From positions 1-64,000 of the forward strand of contig CAWAIF010000002.1 of the NCBI GenBank assembly GCA_963782055.1: a stretch of DNA of 64,000 nt. The letters run 5' to 3'. Position numbers and translations under genes: made by a program. Source of the DNA: an uncultured delta proteobacterium. GTDB taxonomy: Bacteria > Myxococcota_A > Polyangia > Polyangiales > Polyangiaceae. Shown here in pieces: positions 29,647-39,973 of this stretch (positions within the stretch are counted from its first letter, which is position 1; each line of letters begins with the position of its first letter). The notes beneath the pieces are model-generated. The model did no database searches, was not told the origin of the DNA, and saw nothing but the letters and a program-made list of their open reading frames with translations.

Positions 29647-30507
29647 TCAGACGGGGCAGACGGCGCGCTTGCGACGCGCGAGGACACCCGCGACGGCGAG
29701 CAGCCCCAGCGCGGCGGCGGCGGATCCGGGCGCGCCAGGCGTCCCGGCGACCGAGCACGCCCGCGCGGTGACCAGGCTGGGATCGCTCGGCGGGTACAGG
29801 ATGGTGATGGCGTCCTGGTCCGGCGTGGAGAGCGCTCGCTTGTGGACGTCGCAGGCGCGCGTGTAGATGTACATCGTCGTCGTCGTATCGGTCATGTCCT
29901 CGCTCAGGCCGAAGAAGTGGCCGGCCTCGTGGGTCGCGACCGACTGCAGGTCGTACGTCTTGCACCTGGCGTCGCCGTCGTCGTCCACCGCGCCGTAGGT
30001 GTAGGCGGTGTTGAAGATGGTGTCGGCCTCCAGCAGCTTGCCCGACGCCTCGTCCGCGTAGCTCACCGTGATGGCCAGGTCGTGCTCGTGGCCGTGGAGG
30101 GTGATGGGGCCCGCCATGATGCGCGAGACGCCGTCGGCGGCCAGGGGACCGCGCTCTTTGGCGTCGGCGAAGGTGATCGCCGGCGCGCCCGCCCCGAGCC
30201 AGGTGCCGAAGGCGGCGCGGACGGCGTCGGCGGCGCCCGGACCGAGATCGGCGAGGGACGGGTCGAAGGTCACCACAGGCGGCTTCACCCAGTGCTCGAT
30301 CGCGCCGGTGGGCGTCACGCGGGCGGGCGCCTCTCCCGCCGCGCGCGTGGGAGGTGCACCCACCCCGGCGCCCCCCGCGAACAGCACCAGGGCGACGCCG
30401 AACACCCACGCGCGAGGCACCCGACCCCGCGCCGGCGACGCCACCTCCTCGCTCACGGGGAGCGAGGGGTCCAGGGCGACGGGGGCGAGGGAGGCGATCG
30501 CGGTCAC
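29647..30507 (-). CDS. Matrixin-like Zn metalloprotease with MYXO-CTERM-like tail (start uncertain)
   Basis: YDLQSVATHEAGHFFGL, Met-turn TTMY, and C-terminal ACSVA..ALGLLAVAGVLARRKR. Confidence 0.8.
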   Translation of the reverse strand: MTAIASLAPVALDPSLPVSEEVASPARGRVPRAWVFGVALVLFAGGAGVGAPPTRAAGEAPARVTPTGAIEHWVKPPVVTFDPSLADLGPGAADAVRAAFGTWLGAGAPAITFADAKERGPLAADGVSRIMAGPITLHGHEHDLAITVSYADEASGKLLEADTIFNTAYTYGAVDDDGDARCKTYDLQSVATHEAGHFFGLSEDMTDTTTTMYIYTRACDVHKRALSTPDQDAITILYPPSDPSLVTARACSVAGTPGAPGSAAAALGLLAVAGVLARRKRAVCPV

Positions 30508-30653
30508 GTCATGATCAAACGGTCGCGCCGCGCCGGACTTCAGTCCATCCGAGCAAATGGGCAGTCCGATCACGCGTACCGTCCATCCTTGCCGCCCCGG
30601 GTGGGGTCCCATACCATCCGTCACGACGCTGTCGTCGCCCCCGCGGAGACCCC

Positions 30654-31619
30654 TTGCCCGCGCCCCGTTCGATCGCTCCGAGCTCCAAGGCTTTCGGATG
30701 GCTGCTGGTCGTCGCGCTGGCGGGCCTGCCGGCGGCGCGCGCCTTCGCCCAGGGCGCGAAGGCCGCGGAGACGCCCGAGGACCGCAAGGAGGCCGCCAAG
30801 CTGTTCCACGAGGGGAGCCGCGCCTACGCCCACGGCGATTTCACCCACGCCGCCCAGTCCTTCGAGGCGGCCTACGCCCGCGCCCCGCGGCTGCCGCCGC
30901 TGTGGAACGCCGCGCGCGCTTGGGACCGCGCCGGCGAGCCGGTGCGCGCGGCCAACCTGTACGCCGCGTACCTCCGCAAGGCCCCGCCGTCCGCGCCGGA
31001 CCGCAACAGCGCCACCGCCGCGCTGCGCAAGATAGAGCCCAAGCTCGCGCGGCTGCAGGTCCACGCGATGGACGTGCAGGACGTGAAGATCGACGGCACG
31101 GCGGCGGCGGACATCGCGGAGGACCTCTCGGAGGTGTACGTGGCGCCGGGCAGCCACGTGCTGGAGGGGACACACGCAGGCAAGGCGGTGCGCGTGGTGC
31201 AGGACGCGCCGGCCGGTGTGACCACGAGCGTGGTGCTGCAGGCGCCGCCGGAGGCCCCGCCCCCGACAGCGCCCCCGCCGCCGCAGGTCCACCACCCGGC
31301 GCACGGGGGCATCTCGCCCATCTTCTTCTTCGTCGGCGCCGGGCTGACGGCCGTGGCCGGCGGGCTGACGATCTGGTCGGGCGTGGACACCCTCGGGCAG
31401 CGGAGCACCTTCGACGCCGCGCCGACGCAGGCCAACCTGGACGAGGGCAAGTCGCGCCAGACCCGGACGAACGTCTTCATCGGCGTGACGGCGGGCCTCG
31501 CCGCGCTCACCGGCGTCACCGCCATCTTCGTCGACTGGAAGGGCCACGCGTCCAGGGAGCGCGCCGCGCTGCGCGTCGTGCCGGGGTGGGGCAGCCTCGC
31601 GGTGGAGGGCGCGTTCTGA
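30654..31619 (+). CDS. Secreted TPR/PEGA-like protein (start uncertain)
   Basis: Signal peptide ..ARAFA. AAKLFHEG..AY..GDF..AA..FEAAY TPR-like segment. C-terminal hydrophobic segments. Confidence 0.8.
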   Translation: MPAPRSIAPSSKAFGWLLVVALAGLPAARAFAQGAKAAETPEDRKEAAKLFHEGSRAYAHGDFTHAAQSFEAAYARAPRLPPLWNAARAWDRAGEPVRAANLYAAYLRKAPPSAPDRNSATAALRKIEPKLARLQVHAMDVQDVKIDGTAAADIAEDLSEVYVAPGSHVLEGTHAGKAVRVVQDAPAGVTTSVVLQAPPEAPPPTAPPPPQVHHPAHGGISPIFFFVGAGLTAVAGGLTIWSGVDTLGQRSTFDAAPTQANLDEGKSRQTRTNVFIGVTAGLAALTGVTAIFVDWKGHASRERAALRVVPGWGSLAVEGAF

Positions 31620-33241
31620 TGGCGCTGCGGCTGGGCAACTACGAGCCCCTGCTGGAGCTCGCCTCGGGCGGGATGGCGACGGTCTTCGTCGCGCGCCTGC
31701 TCGGCGCGGCGGGGTTCGAGCGCCTGGTCGTCATCAAGCGCGTGCACCGGCACCTGCTCAGCAACCGCGAGTTTTACGACATGTTCCGCGACGAGGCGCG
31801 CGTCGCCTCGCTCATCCGCCACCCCAACGTGGTGCCCGTGATCGACGTCGTGGAGTCGGACCGGGAGCTCTTCTTGGTGATGGAGTACGTGGAGTCGTGC
31901 TCGCTCGCGACGCTCCGGCGCAACGCCAACGTGGGGAAGGTGGAGGTGCCGCCGGGGGTCATCGCCCGCGTCATGTACGACACGCTGGCCGGCTTGCAGG
32001 CGGCGCACGAGGCGGTGGACATGCGCGGGCAGCCGCTCGAGGTGGTCCACCGCGACGTGAGCCCGCAGAACGTCATCGTCGGAGTGGACGGGTCGAGCAG
32101 GCTCATCGACTTCGGCGTGGCGAAGGCCGCGCACCGCCTGACCGAGACGCGCAGCGGCAGCCTGAAGGGCAAGTACAGCTACATGGCACCGGAGCAGGCG
32201 CGCGGGGAGGCCGTCGACCGGCGTACCGACGTCTTCTCCGCCGGCGTCGTGCTGCACGAGGCGCTCACGGGCAAGCGCCTCTTCCGCGGCGAGAACGACC
32301 TGGACACGATCCGTCGCATCACGGAGGGCGAGGTGCCGGTGCCGTCCACCCTGGTGCCCGCGGTGAGCAAGGAGCTGGACGCGGTGGTGCTCCGCGCGCT
32401 GGAGCGCGACCCGGCGAAGCGCTTCCAGAGCGCGGGGGAGATGATGGAGGCGCTCGAGAAGGCGTGTTCCCTGGCACCCGCGCGCGCGGTCACCGCGATG
32501 CTGGAGCGCACCTGCGGCGAGCGGCTGCAAGAGCGCCGGGACACCCTGCGGCAGATGGTGGAGGGGACGCTGCCACCGCTGGCGCTGGACCTGGAGACGG
32601 AGCGGGACAACTCCGAGCCGTCGAAGTCGGTGCCCGCCGCCCCCGACAGCGCCCCACCGAGCGAGCCTAGCTTCGGGACCGGCGGGCAGCTCTCCATGCT
32701 GAACGCGGCGTCGGAGGCGCCACCGCGCGGCGGCTTGCGGCGCGCGCTCGCCGCGGGGGTGGTGGTGCTGGTCGTCGTCCTGGTCACAGCCGCCGGCTTC
32801 TTCGCGATGCGCCGGCCGGCGGCGGACGCCGCGGGCGCCGCCCGGTCCGCGACGCTCGCCGCGCCCGCGTCCGCGCCTTCCGCGACATCGGCTCCCGCCG
32901 CGAGCCAGATGGCCGCGGATGCCGTCGCGGCCGACGAGGTGCGGATCACCCTGCACGCCCACGCGCCGATCGAGAGCGTGCGCGCGCCGGGCACGCACCG
33001 CATGGCGATCGACGGGGACCACGCCACGGTGGTCGTCCAGAAGTGGAGCGGGAGCCTGGTCGTCGACGCCACGCTCCGGGGCGGCGCCCACGCGAAGGCC
33101 ACGCTCGACGCCGCCGGCCCGCGCGAGGCCGATCTGGCGGTGGTCGAGGAGGCGCCCAGGGCGCCGACGGCGAAGACGGCCTCGCCCCCGAAGGGGCGAC
33201 CCAGGGCGACGTCCAGCGAGCTGCAGGCGAGCCCCTACTGA
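31619..33241 (+). CDS. Membrane Ser/Thr protein kinase
   Basis: LASGGMATV, VIKR, HRDVSPQN, DFG, YMAPE and a TM helix. Confidence 0.95.
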   Translation: MALRLGNYEPLLELASGGMATVFVARLLGAAGFERLVVIKRVHRHLLSNREFYDMFRDEARVASLIRHPNVVPVIDVVESDRELFLVMEYVESCSLATLRRNANVGKVEVPPGVIARVMYDTLAGLQAAHEAVDMRGQPLEVVHRDVSPQNVIVGVDGSSRLIDFGVAKAAHRLTETRSGSLKGKYSYMAPEQARGEAVDRRTDVFSAGVVLHEALTGKRLFRGENDLDTIRRITEGEVPVPSTLVPAVSKELDAVVLRALERDPAKRFQSAGEMMEALEKACSLAPARAVTAMLERTCGERLQERRDTLRQMVEGTLPPLALDLETERDNSEPSKSVPAAPDSAPPSEPSFGTGGQLSMLNAASEAPPRGGLRRALAAGVVVLVVVLVTAAGFFAMRRPAADAAGAARSATLAAPASAPSATSAPAASQMAADAVAADEVRITLHAHAPIESVRAPGTHRMAIDGDHATVVVQKWSGSLVVDATLRGGAHAKATLDAAGPREADLAVVEEAPRAPTAKTASPPKGRPRATSSELQASPY

Positions 33242-34272
33242 TGGCCGCCCGCGCCTTCCGTACCCTGTTGGCCGCCGCCCTCGTCGGCGGAGGCGTGGCC
33301 GCGCTGGTGGCTGCGTGCACCGTCTTCGACGGCCTGGAGTCGAAGGTGGTGAGCGCCGACGCGGGCACCGACGCGCCGGACCTCCCGCCCGGCGCGCAGC
33401 CGGGCTTCCTCTCGGTCGACGAGGCGGTGCGCTTCTGCTCCAACGTGGTGAAGTGCCCGCAGCTCGCCAGCTCGACGATCGACTCGCTCGGCCTCTTCGT
33501 CGACGTGTACGACTTCTCGGCGTGCGTCGACGGGCTCTCGGCGCCGCTCCCCTCGGACCGCATCGGTCGCGATCTCACCCGCCAGACCCTGCTCTGCGCC
33601 GCGAACGCGACGTCCTGCCAGGAGGCCGGGAGCTGCCTGTACTACGAGATCGTCCCGGGCAACGACTCGCGCTGCCAGTCGGTGGACGGCGGGAGCGCGT
33701 GCGCGGAGAACGGCGCGGCGGCCTACAACTGCGACTCGCAGGCGATCGTCCACTGTCAGAATGCCTACTTCGCCCCGGGATCGAGCTGCCAGACGGGCAC
33801 CGACGGCTCGCACTACTGCGCGCTGGCCACGACGTGCAAGCCGGAGGGGTGCAACGGGACGGTGCTGCAGTACTGCGCCTCCAACAGCAACCTCACGATC
33901 GGCTACGACTGCAACCTGCTCGGGTTGACCTGCGGGTTCGACCAGGCCAACCAGATCTACGATTGCCTGAGCAACGGCGCGAGCGCCCAGTGCTCCAGCA
34001 CCGGCGTTGCGTGTGACGGGGCGAGCGTCAAGGCGTGCGACGGGGCGTACGCCTCCTACCTGGACTGCCCGGCCATGGGCGCCACCTGCGACGCGGCGCA
34101 CCCGCGCTGCGCGCGCGCGACCGACGAGTGCAGCCCGTACGACGCCAACATGAACCAGTGCGACGGCACCAGCCTCACCATGTGCGTCGGCGGCAAGGTC
34201 ATCAAGTACGACTGCGGCTCGGTGGGGCTGACGTGCAAGGCCGGTCTCGGCGCCGGCAACGTCTGCGGGTGA
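33241..34272 (+). CDS. Cys-rich lipoprotein
   Basis: Lipobox LVAAC, numerous Cys repeats, coupled to the kinase stop. Confidence 0.85.
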   Translation: MAARAFRTLLAAALVGGGVAALVAACTVFDGLESKVVSADAGTDAPDLPPGAQPGFLSVDEAVRFCSNVVKCPQLASSTIDSLGLFVDVYDFSACVDGLSAPLPSDRIGRDLTRQTLLCAANATSCQEAGSCLYYEIVPGNDSRCQSVDGGSACAENGAAAYNCDSQAIVHCQNAYFAPGSSCQTGTDGSHYCALATTCKPEGCNGTVLQYCASNSNLTIGYDCNLLGLTCGFDQANQIYDCLSNGASAQCSSTGVACDGASVKACDGAYASYLDCPAMGATCDAAHPRCARATDECSPYDANMNQCDGTSLTMCVGGKVIKYDCGSVGLTCKAGLGAGNVCG

Positions 34273-34315
34273 GCTCCGGGGGAAGCGTGGGGGTTGGGGC
34301 GCCGTAGATCCGGGT

Positions 34316-35476
34316 ATGCGGGCCGCGCTCCTCCTCCCGGCGCTCTCCGTCGTCGCCGCAGGATGCGCCGTGGAGGCCGCACCCGTACGCACGGCGTTCG
34401 CGGTGCCCGAGCCCTCCGCGCCGCTGGTGCTGACGACGCGGTGGCCGCTGGACCCCACGCCCTCCCCGGTCCTCGCGGAGCTCCGCCCGGAGGACGAGGC
34501 GAGCTACGAGGCGGTGGCTCGCGCCATCGCGGCCCGCGAGAGCGATCCCTTCGCGCGCATCAAGGCGATGCACGACTGGATCGCGCTGCACGTCGCGTAC
34601 GACGTCGACGAGGCCCGCCACGACGATCCATGGTGGGCGGGCACGCGCACGCGCCCCGCGCGCGGGCCGGAGCTGCCGACGCTGGTCGCGCCGCTCCAGG
34701 ACCCCTGCCGGGCGCTGGACGAGGGCTGCGTGCAGCGCCAGGTGGCCACCTCGATCCTCCGCACCGAGGAGCACGCGCCCGTCTGGGCGGCGACCACCTT
34801 CGCCACCCGCCGCGGCGTGTGCGCGGGCTACGCGAACCTCCTCACCGCGATGGCGCGCGTGACCGGCGACGACATCCGCTACGTCGTCGGCACCGCGCGG
34901 GTGCCCGACGAGAGCCGCGGGATGGTCAGCGCCCTGCACGCGTGGAACGTGGCGCGCATCGACGGGCGGCAGTATCCCATCGACGTCACGTGGGACGCCG
35001 GCACGACCCAGAAGACCGGGTACGTGCGCGACTACGGCACCGACTACCTCTTCACGCCGCCGGAGATCTTCCGGGCCGACCACCTCCCGCGGGATGATCG
35101 CGACCAGATCGCGCCGGCCGTCTCCGACGCCGCGCTCGAAGCGACGCCCATGCTCCGGGCGCCGCTGCGCGCCGCCGGCGTGTCGCTCGTCAGCCCCACG
35201 CGGCTGCCCGCGCCCGCGCAGGACATCGTGCTGGCCAACCCCTTCCACGTGGAGCTGCAGGCGACGACCTCCGACGGCGTCCGCTGCATCAGCGAGGACA
35301 GCGGCGCGGGGGCGGCGGCGCGCACGCGGCTCCGGTGCGGCAGGGCGCCGGGCGCGCCGCGGTGGGTGACGGTGCTCTTCCGGCCCCATGGTCGCTCGTG
35401 GGACTACGGGGCGGTGTTCGAGCTGGCCGACGAGCCCGCCTCCTGGCGCCCCTTCGTCGGGCAGACCGCATTCTGA
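34316..35476 (+). CDS. Transglutaminase-like domain lipoprotein
   Basis: VAAGC lipobox. Catalytic triad motifs GVCAGYA, HAWN and IDVTWD. Confidence 0.88.
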   Translation: MRAALLLPALSVVAAGCAVEAAPVRTAFAVPEPSAPLVLTTRWPLDPTPSPVLAELRPEDEASYEAVARAIAARESDPFARIKAMHDWIALHVAYDVDEARHDDPWWAGTRTRPARGPELPTLVAPLQDPCRALDEGCVQRQVATSILRTEEHAPVWAATTFATRRGVCAGYANLLTAMARVTGDDIRYVVGTARVPDESRGMVSALHAWNVARIDGRQYPIDVTWDAGTTQKTGYVRDYGTDYLFTPPEIFRADHLPRDDRDQIAPAVSDAALEATPMLRAPLRAAGVSLVSPTRLPAPAQDIVLANPFHVELQATTSDGVRCISEDSGAGAAARTRLRCGRAPGAPRWVTVLFRPHGRSWDYGAVFELADEPASWRPFVGQTAF

Positions 35477-35558
35477 GAGGACGCCGGCGCTCCGCCATGC
35501 GTCGGGTGTGGCGACCGGGAGGCAGCTGGAGGGGGGTGTGCTACAAAGTCCGGTCCCC

Positions 35559-38357
35559 ATGCCCCATCCGTACGCCGACTTCGTCCACCGCGTGCAGAAG
35601 CCCGCGCGCTACCTCGGCGGCGAGCACGGATCCGTGCCGAAGGAGTGGGCCGCCGCCCAGGCGCGCGTGTGCCTCGCCTTCCCGGACATCTACGACATCG
35701 GGATGAGCCACCTCGGCTTCAAGATCCTCTACCGGATCCTCAACGACGATCCGCGCACCCTCGCCGAGCGCTGCTACGCCCCCTGGGTCGACATGGAGGC
35801 GGAGCTGCGCACCCGCGGCGTGCCGCTGGTGTCCCTGGAGAGCGCGCGACCGCTGCGCGACTTCGACGTGGTCGGCTTCTCCCTGCAGTTCGAGCTCACC
35901 TACACCAACGTGCTGACGATGCTGGAGCTGGGTGGCATCCCGCTGCGCTCCGCCGACCGCGCGGAGGACGACCCGCTCGTCGTCGCCGGCGGGCCCACGG
36001 CCACGCATCCGGAGCCGCTCTCCGCCTTCGTCGACGCCTTCGTCATCGGCGACGGCGAGGAGCGCACGACGGAGGTCGCCCTCGCGTGGACGGCGCTCCG
36101 GGAGCAGGGCGTGCTCCGCGGGGACCGCCTCGCCGCGCTGGCCAGGCTCCAGGGCGTGTACGTTCCCTCCCTCTACGAGACGGCGCGCGACGAGGACACC
36201 GGCTTCCTCGTCGTCGACCGCGCGGTGGCGCAGGGCGTCCCCCTGCCGGTGGAGCGCAACCTGGTCGCCGACCTGGACCGCTTCCCCTTCCCCGACGACG
36301 GCCCGGTCGGCGGGCCGGAGGCCATCTTCGATCGCATGTCGATCGAGATCGCCCGCGGGTGCACCGAGGGCTGCCGCTTCTGCCAGGCGGGCATGATCTA
36401 CCGCCCGGTGCGCGAGCGCGACCCGGAGCAGATCGTCGAGACGCTGACGCGCGCGGTGAAGAAGAGCGGCTACGACGAGGTGAGCCTCACCTCCCTCTCC
36501 ACCGCCGACTACTCCTGCATCGCCCCGCTCATCAAGAAGGTGACCGAGCGCCTCGCTCCGGAGCGCGTCAGCCTGGGCGTCAGCTCCCTGCGCGCCTACG
36601 GCCTCGGCGAGGAGACGCTGGACGACATCCAGCGCGTGCGCGCCGGCGGCATCACCTTCGCGCCGGAGGCGGGCAGCCAGCGCATGCGCGACGTGGTGAA
36701 CAAGAACGTCACCGAAGAGCAGCTCATGCAGACCGCCGAGCGCGTCTTCTCCCGCGGGTGGAACGCCATGAAGCTCTACTTCATGATCGGCCTCCCCACC
36801 GAGGAGGAGGAGGACGTGCGGGAGATCGCCCGGGTCGGCGCGCGGGCGCGGCAGGTGGGCAAGCGCATCAAGAAGGAGCGCAACGCCGGCCCGCCCACGG
36901 TGACGGTGAGCGTCTCCACGCACGTGCCCAAGCCGCACACGCCCTTCCAGTGGTGCGCGATGGACCGCCGCGAGGACGTGCAGCGCAAGCAGGGGTGGCT
37001 GCGGGAAGAGGCGCGCCGCGGCAAGGTGGACCTGCGCACGCACCACTCGGAGGGGAGCTGGCTGGAGGGCGTCTTCGCGCGCGGGGATCGCTCCCTGTGC
37101 GACGTGCTGGAGAGCGCGTACCGCGCCGGCGCGCGCTTCGACTCCTGGGACGAGCAGCTCCGCATCGAGGTCTGGGAGCGCGCCTTCGAGGAGCACGGCG
37201 TGGACCCGGCGCGTTTCCTCGGCACCATCCCGGTGACCGCGCGCCTGCCGTGGAGCCACATCGACGTCGGGCTGGACGAGGGCTTCCTCGCGGCGGAGTA
37301 CCGCAAGGCGATGAAGAGCCGGCTCTCCCCCCCGTGCGGGAAGGCCGCCGGGATGTTCGTCCACCACACCAACACCGAGGAGGCCGTCGCCGACGCGCGC
37401 AAGCTGGTCTGCTACGACTGCGGCGTCGCGTGCGACCTCGGGGCGATGCGCGAGGAGCGGCTGGTGTACCTGGATCGCCTGGGCGCCAAGAGCCCGCGGC
37501 CGTACGTGCCCAGCCCCGCGACGGCGGCGATGGCGCGCGCCAACAAGCCGCCCGCGCGGTTCGTGCAGGGCACGCCGCGGCGCTATCGATTCGTCTACAC
37601 CAAGCTCGGGCCGAGCGCCTTCCTCTCCCACCTGGATCTCATCCGGGCGCTGCCGCGATCCTTCCGGCGGCTGGCGCTGCCGCTCTTTTACTCCTCCGGT
37701 TTCCATCCCAAGCCGGACATGACCTTCGGTCCTGCGCTCTCGCTCGGGGTGGGCAGCCTGGGGGAGGTGGTGGACGTGAAGATGACGTGCGAGGCCGACC
37801 CGGCGGAGTGGCTCGCCGAGCTCACCGCGGGCTCCCCGGAGGGCCTCGCCTTCGTCGGGGCGCGCGCGCTCGGCCCTCAGGACCCGTCCGCGCCGAAGGT
37901 CGTCGACGCGGCCCGCTACGCGGTGGCGCTGCCGCGCGCGGCGGTGGGCGCCGACCTGGCCGCCCTGCGCGCGCGGGCAGCGGAGCGGCGCGCGCAGGAG
38001 TCGCTGCGCGTCATCCGCCGCATCGACGGCGTCGGCAAGCCGGTCGAGGTGCAGAAGTACCTGGTGCGCGCGGAGCTCGGCTCGGAGGAGGCGGAGGAGG
38101 AGATCGCGCGCGCGGGCCTCGTCGGCGACTTCTTCCCGATGCGGGTCGACGTGAGGGTCACCAGCTCCGGCGGCGTCAAGGTGAGCGAGGTGGTGGAGGC
38201 GCTCCTTCGCGAGGAGACCGACGTCCCGCACTTCGCCGTGCGCGTCGCCCTCGGCGCCTTCGCGCCGGACGGCTCGCTGCTCTCGCCGCTGGACCTGGAG
38301 GCCCTCCAGGCGCGGCGCGCGGCGGCCGAGCCGACCGTGGAGGCCGCGGGCGCGTGA
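35559..38357 (+). CDS. TIGR03960-type B12-binding radical SAM protein fused to a TIGR03936/DUF2344 domain
   Basis: VQKPARYLGGE, FPDIYDIGMS, RGCTEGCRFCQAG, FLSHLDL.R and GFHPKP. Confidence 0.92.
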   Translation: MPHPYADFVHRVQKPARYLGGEHGSVPKEWAAAQARVCLAFPDIYDIGMSHLGFKILYRILNDDPRTLAERCYAPWVDMEAELRTRGVPLVSLESARPLRDFDVVGFSLQFELTYTNVLTMLELGGIPLRSADRAEDDPLVVAGGPTATHPEPLSAFVDAFVIGDGEERTTEVALAWTALREQGVLRGDRLAALARLQGVYVPSLYETARDEDTGFLVVDRAVAQGVPLPVERNLVADLDRFPFPDDGPVGGPEAIFDRMSIEIARGCTEGCRFCQAGMIYRPVRERDPEQIVETLTRAVKKSGYDEVSLTSLSTADYSCIAPLIKKVTERLAPERVSLGVSSLRAYGLGEETLDDIQRVRAGGITFAPEAGSQRMRDVVNKNVTEEQLMQTAERVFSRGWNAMKLYFMIGLPTEEEEDVREIARVGARARQVGKRIKKERNAGPPTVTVSVSTHVPKPHTPFQWCAMDRREDVQRKQGWLREEARRGKVDLRTHHSEGSWLEGVFARGDRSLCDVLESAYRAGARFDSWDEQLRIEVWERAFEEHGVDPARFLGTIPVTARLPWSHIDVGLDEGFLAAEYRKAMKSRLSPPCGKAAGMFVHHTNTEEAVADARKLVCYDCGVACDLGAMREERLVYLDRLGAKSPRPYVPSPATAAMARANKPPARFVQGTPRRYRFVYTKLGPSAFLSHLDLIRALPRSFRRLALPLFYSSGFHPKPDMTFGPALSLGVGSLGEVVDVKMTCEADPAEWLAELTAGSPEGLAFVGARALGPQDPSAPKVVDAARYAVALPRAAVGADLAALRARAAERRAQESLRVIRRIDGVGKPVEVQKYLVRAELGSEEAEEEIARAGLVGDFFPMRVDVRVTSSGGVKVSEVVEALLREETDVPHFAVRVALGAFAPDGSLLSPLDLEALQARRAAAEPTVEAAGA

Positions 38358-38373
38358 TACGTTGCTGGGCCGG

Positions 38374-39165
38374 ATGGATTCGCTCCGCGTCGCCACGCTC
38401 AACATCTGGAACCGCCTCGGGCCGTGGGAGGAGCGGCTCGCCGCCATCCGGGCGGAGGTGGAGCGCCTGCAGCCTGACATCCTCGGCCTGCAGGAGGTGC
38501 TCGTCCTGCCCGAGCACGACTTCGACCAGGCGGCGCTCGTCGCCGAGGGCTTCGGCTACCACGTGGCCTGGGGGCGCGCGCCGGACGCGACGACGTACAC
38601 CCTCGGCAACGCGGTGCTCTCCCGCTGGCCCATCGCCAGGACCTCCGTGTTCGGCCTCCCTGGGACCGACGAGAAGCGCTGCGCCGTGCTCGCCCAGATC
38701 GACGCGCCGAGCGGCACCGTCCCCTTCGTCTCCACGCACCTGAACTGGCGGCTGGACGAGGGCCACGTGCGCCAGCAGCAGGTGCGCGCGCTCACGTCCT
38801 ACGTCGCGGCGAACACCGCGGCCGACGGCTATCCCCCCATCGTCGTCGGGGACTTCAACGCCGAGCCGGACTCCGACGAGATCCGGTTCATGCGCGGCCT
38901 CACCGGCCTGGGCGGGCCTTGCGTGTATTATGCAGATGCCTTCGCGCTCGCCGGGGATGGCTCCGCCGGCCACACCTTCGCGCGCACCAACCCGTACGCC
39001 GCGCTGCTGCGCGAGCCCGACCGCCGCATCGACTACGTCTGGGTGCGCGGCGGCGACGAGCGGTTCCGCGGCGAGGTGCTGGAGGCGCGCGTGGCGTTCG
39101 ACTCGCCGCTGGGCGAGGCCTACCCCAGCGACCACTTCGGCCTCGTCGCGGTGCTGCGGGCGTGA
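38374..39165 (+). CDS. Endonuclease/exonuclease/phosphatase family protein
   Basis: TLNIWN, LQEV, GDFNA, RIDYV and SDHF. Confidence 0.92.
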   Translation: MDSLRVATLNIWNRLGPWEERLAAIRAEVERLQPDILGLQEVLVLPEHDFDQAALVAEGFGYHVAWGRAPDATTYTLGNAVLSRWPIARTSVFGLPGTDEKRCAVLAQIDAPSGTVPFVSTHLNWRLDEGHVRQQQVRALTSYVAANTAADGYPPIVVGDFNAEPDSDEIRFMRGLTGLGGPCVYYADAFALAGDGSAGHTFARTNPYAALLREPDRRIDYVWVRGGDERFRGEVLEARVAFDSPLGEAYPSDHFGLVAVLRA

Positions 39166-39929
39166 CCCTCGCGCCGCACGCGATCGCCATCCTCGTCCTC
39201 ACGGCGTTCGCCGCGGGCTTCATCGACGCCATCGCCGGCGGCGGCGGCCTGCTCACCGCGCCGATGCTCTTCACCTTCGTGCCGCAGCCGCACCTGGCGC
39301 TCGGGACGAACAAGGGGCAGTCGGTCTTCGGGGCGATCTCGTCGGCGGTCTCCTACTGGCGCAGGGGCGGCGTGGACCGGGCCCGCGCGCCGGCGGCCTT
39401 CGTGTGCGGGCTGCTGGGGTCCCTCGTCGGGGCGCGCGCGCAGCTCGCCGTGCCATCCGGGCCGCTCATGCCCATCGCCCTCGGCCTGCTGGTGCTCGCG
39501 GCGATCGTCGCGGCATTTCGCCCGCGCGCCGCCGCCGCCGCCGCCCCGGAGCCGGGCAAGCCGCGCACCGGGCGGCTCGTCGCCATCTGCCTCTTTTTGG
39601 GCGCGTACGACGGATTCTTCGGCCCGGGCACCGGCTCGCTGCTCATCATCGCCTTCGTCACCTTCCTGGGCGACGGCATGACGCGGGCGTCGGGCAACGC
39701 GAAGATCGTCAACCTCGGCTCCAACATCGCGGCCTTCACCACCTTCGCGGTGCGGGGCACCATCCTCTGGCACGTCTCCGTGCCGATGGCCGCGGGCAAC
39801 GCGGCGGGGGCCTTCCTCGGCGCGCGGACCGCGCTCAAGCGAGGGGATCGCTTCGTGCGCTGGATCGTCCTCGCGGTGGTGGGCACGCTCATCGTCCGCC
39901 TCGCGTTCGAGCTGGTCCTGATGAGGTGA
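39162..39929 (+). CDS. TSUP (TauE/SafE) family membrane transporter
   Basis: AGFIDAIAGGGGL, ALGTNK and YDGFFGPGTG. Confidence 0.92.
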   Translation: MTLAPHAIAILVLTAFAAGFIDAIAGGGGLLTAPMLFTFVPQPHLALGTNKGQSVFGAISSAVSYWRRGGVDRARAPAAFVCGLLGSLVGARAQLAVPSGPLMPIALGLLVLAAIVAAFRPRAAAAAAPEPGKPRTGRLVAICLFLGAYDGFFGPGTGSLLIIAFVTFLGDGMTRASGNAKIVNLGSNIAAFTTFAVRGTILWHVSVPMAAGNAAGAFLGARTALKRGDRFVRWIVLAVVGTLIVRLAFELVLMR

Positions 39930-39973
39930 CGATGGGCCTTGGCGCACGGCCCCGGCCGGCGTAGCAAGGGGAT

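Noticed and set aside
35541..38743. Long overlapping ORFs (979 aa minus strand, 1032 aa plus strand)
   Set aside because: Arg/Gly/Ala-rich shadow frames of the radical SAM gene, expected at this GC content. The same applies to most other overlapping ORFs in the track.
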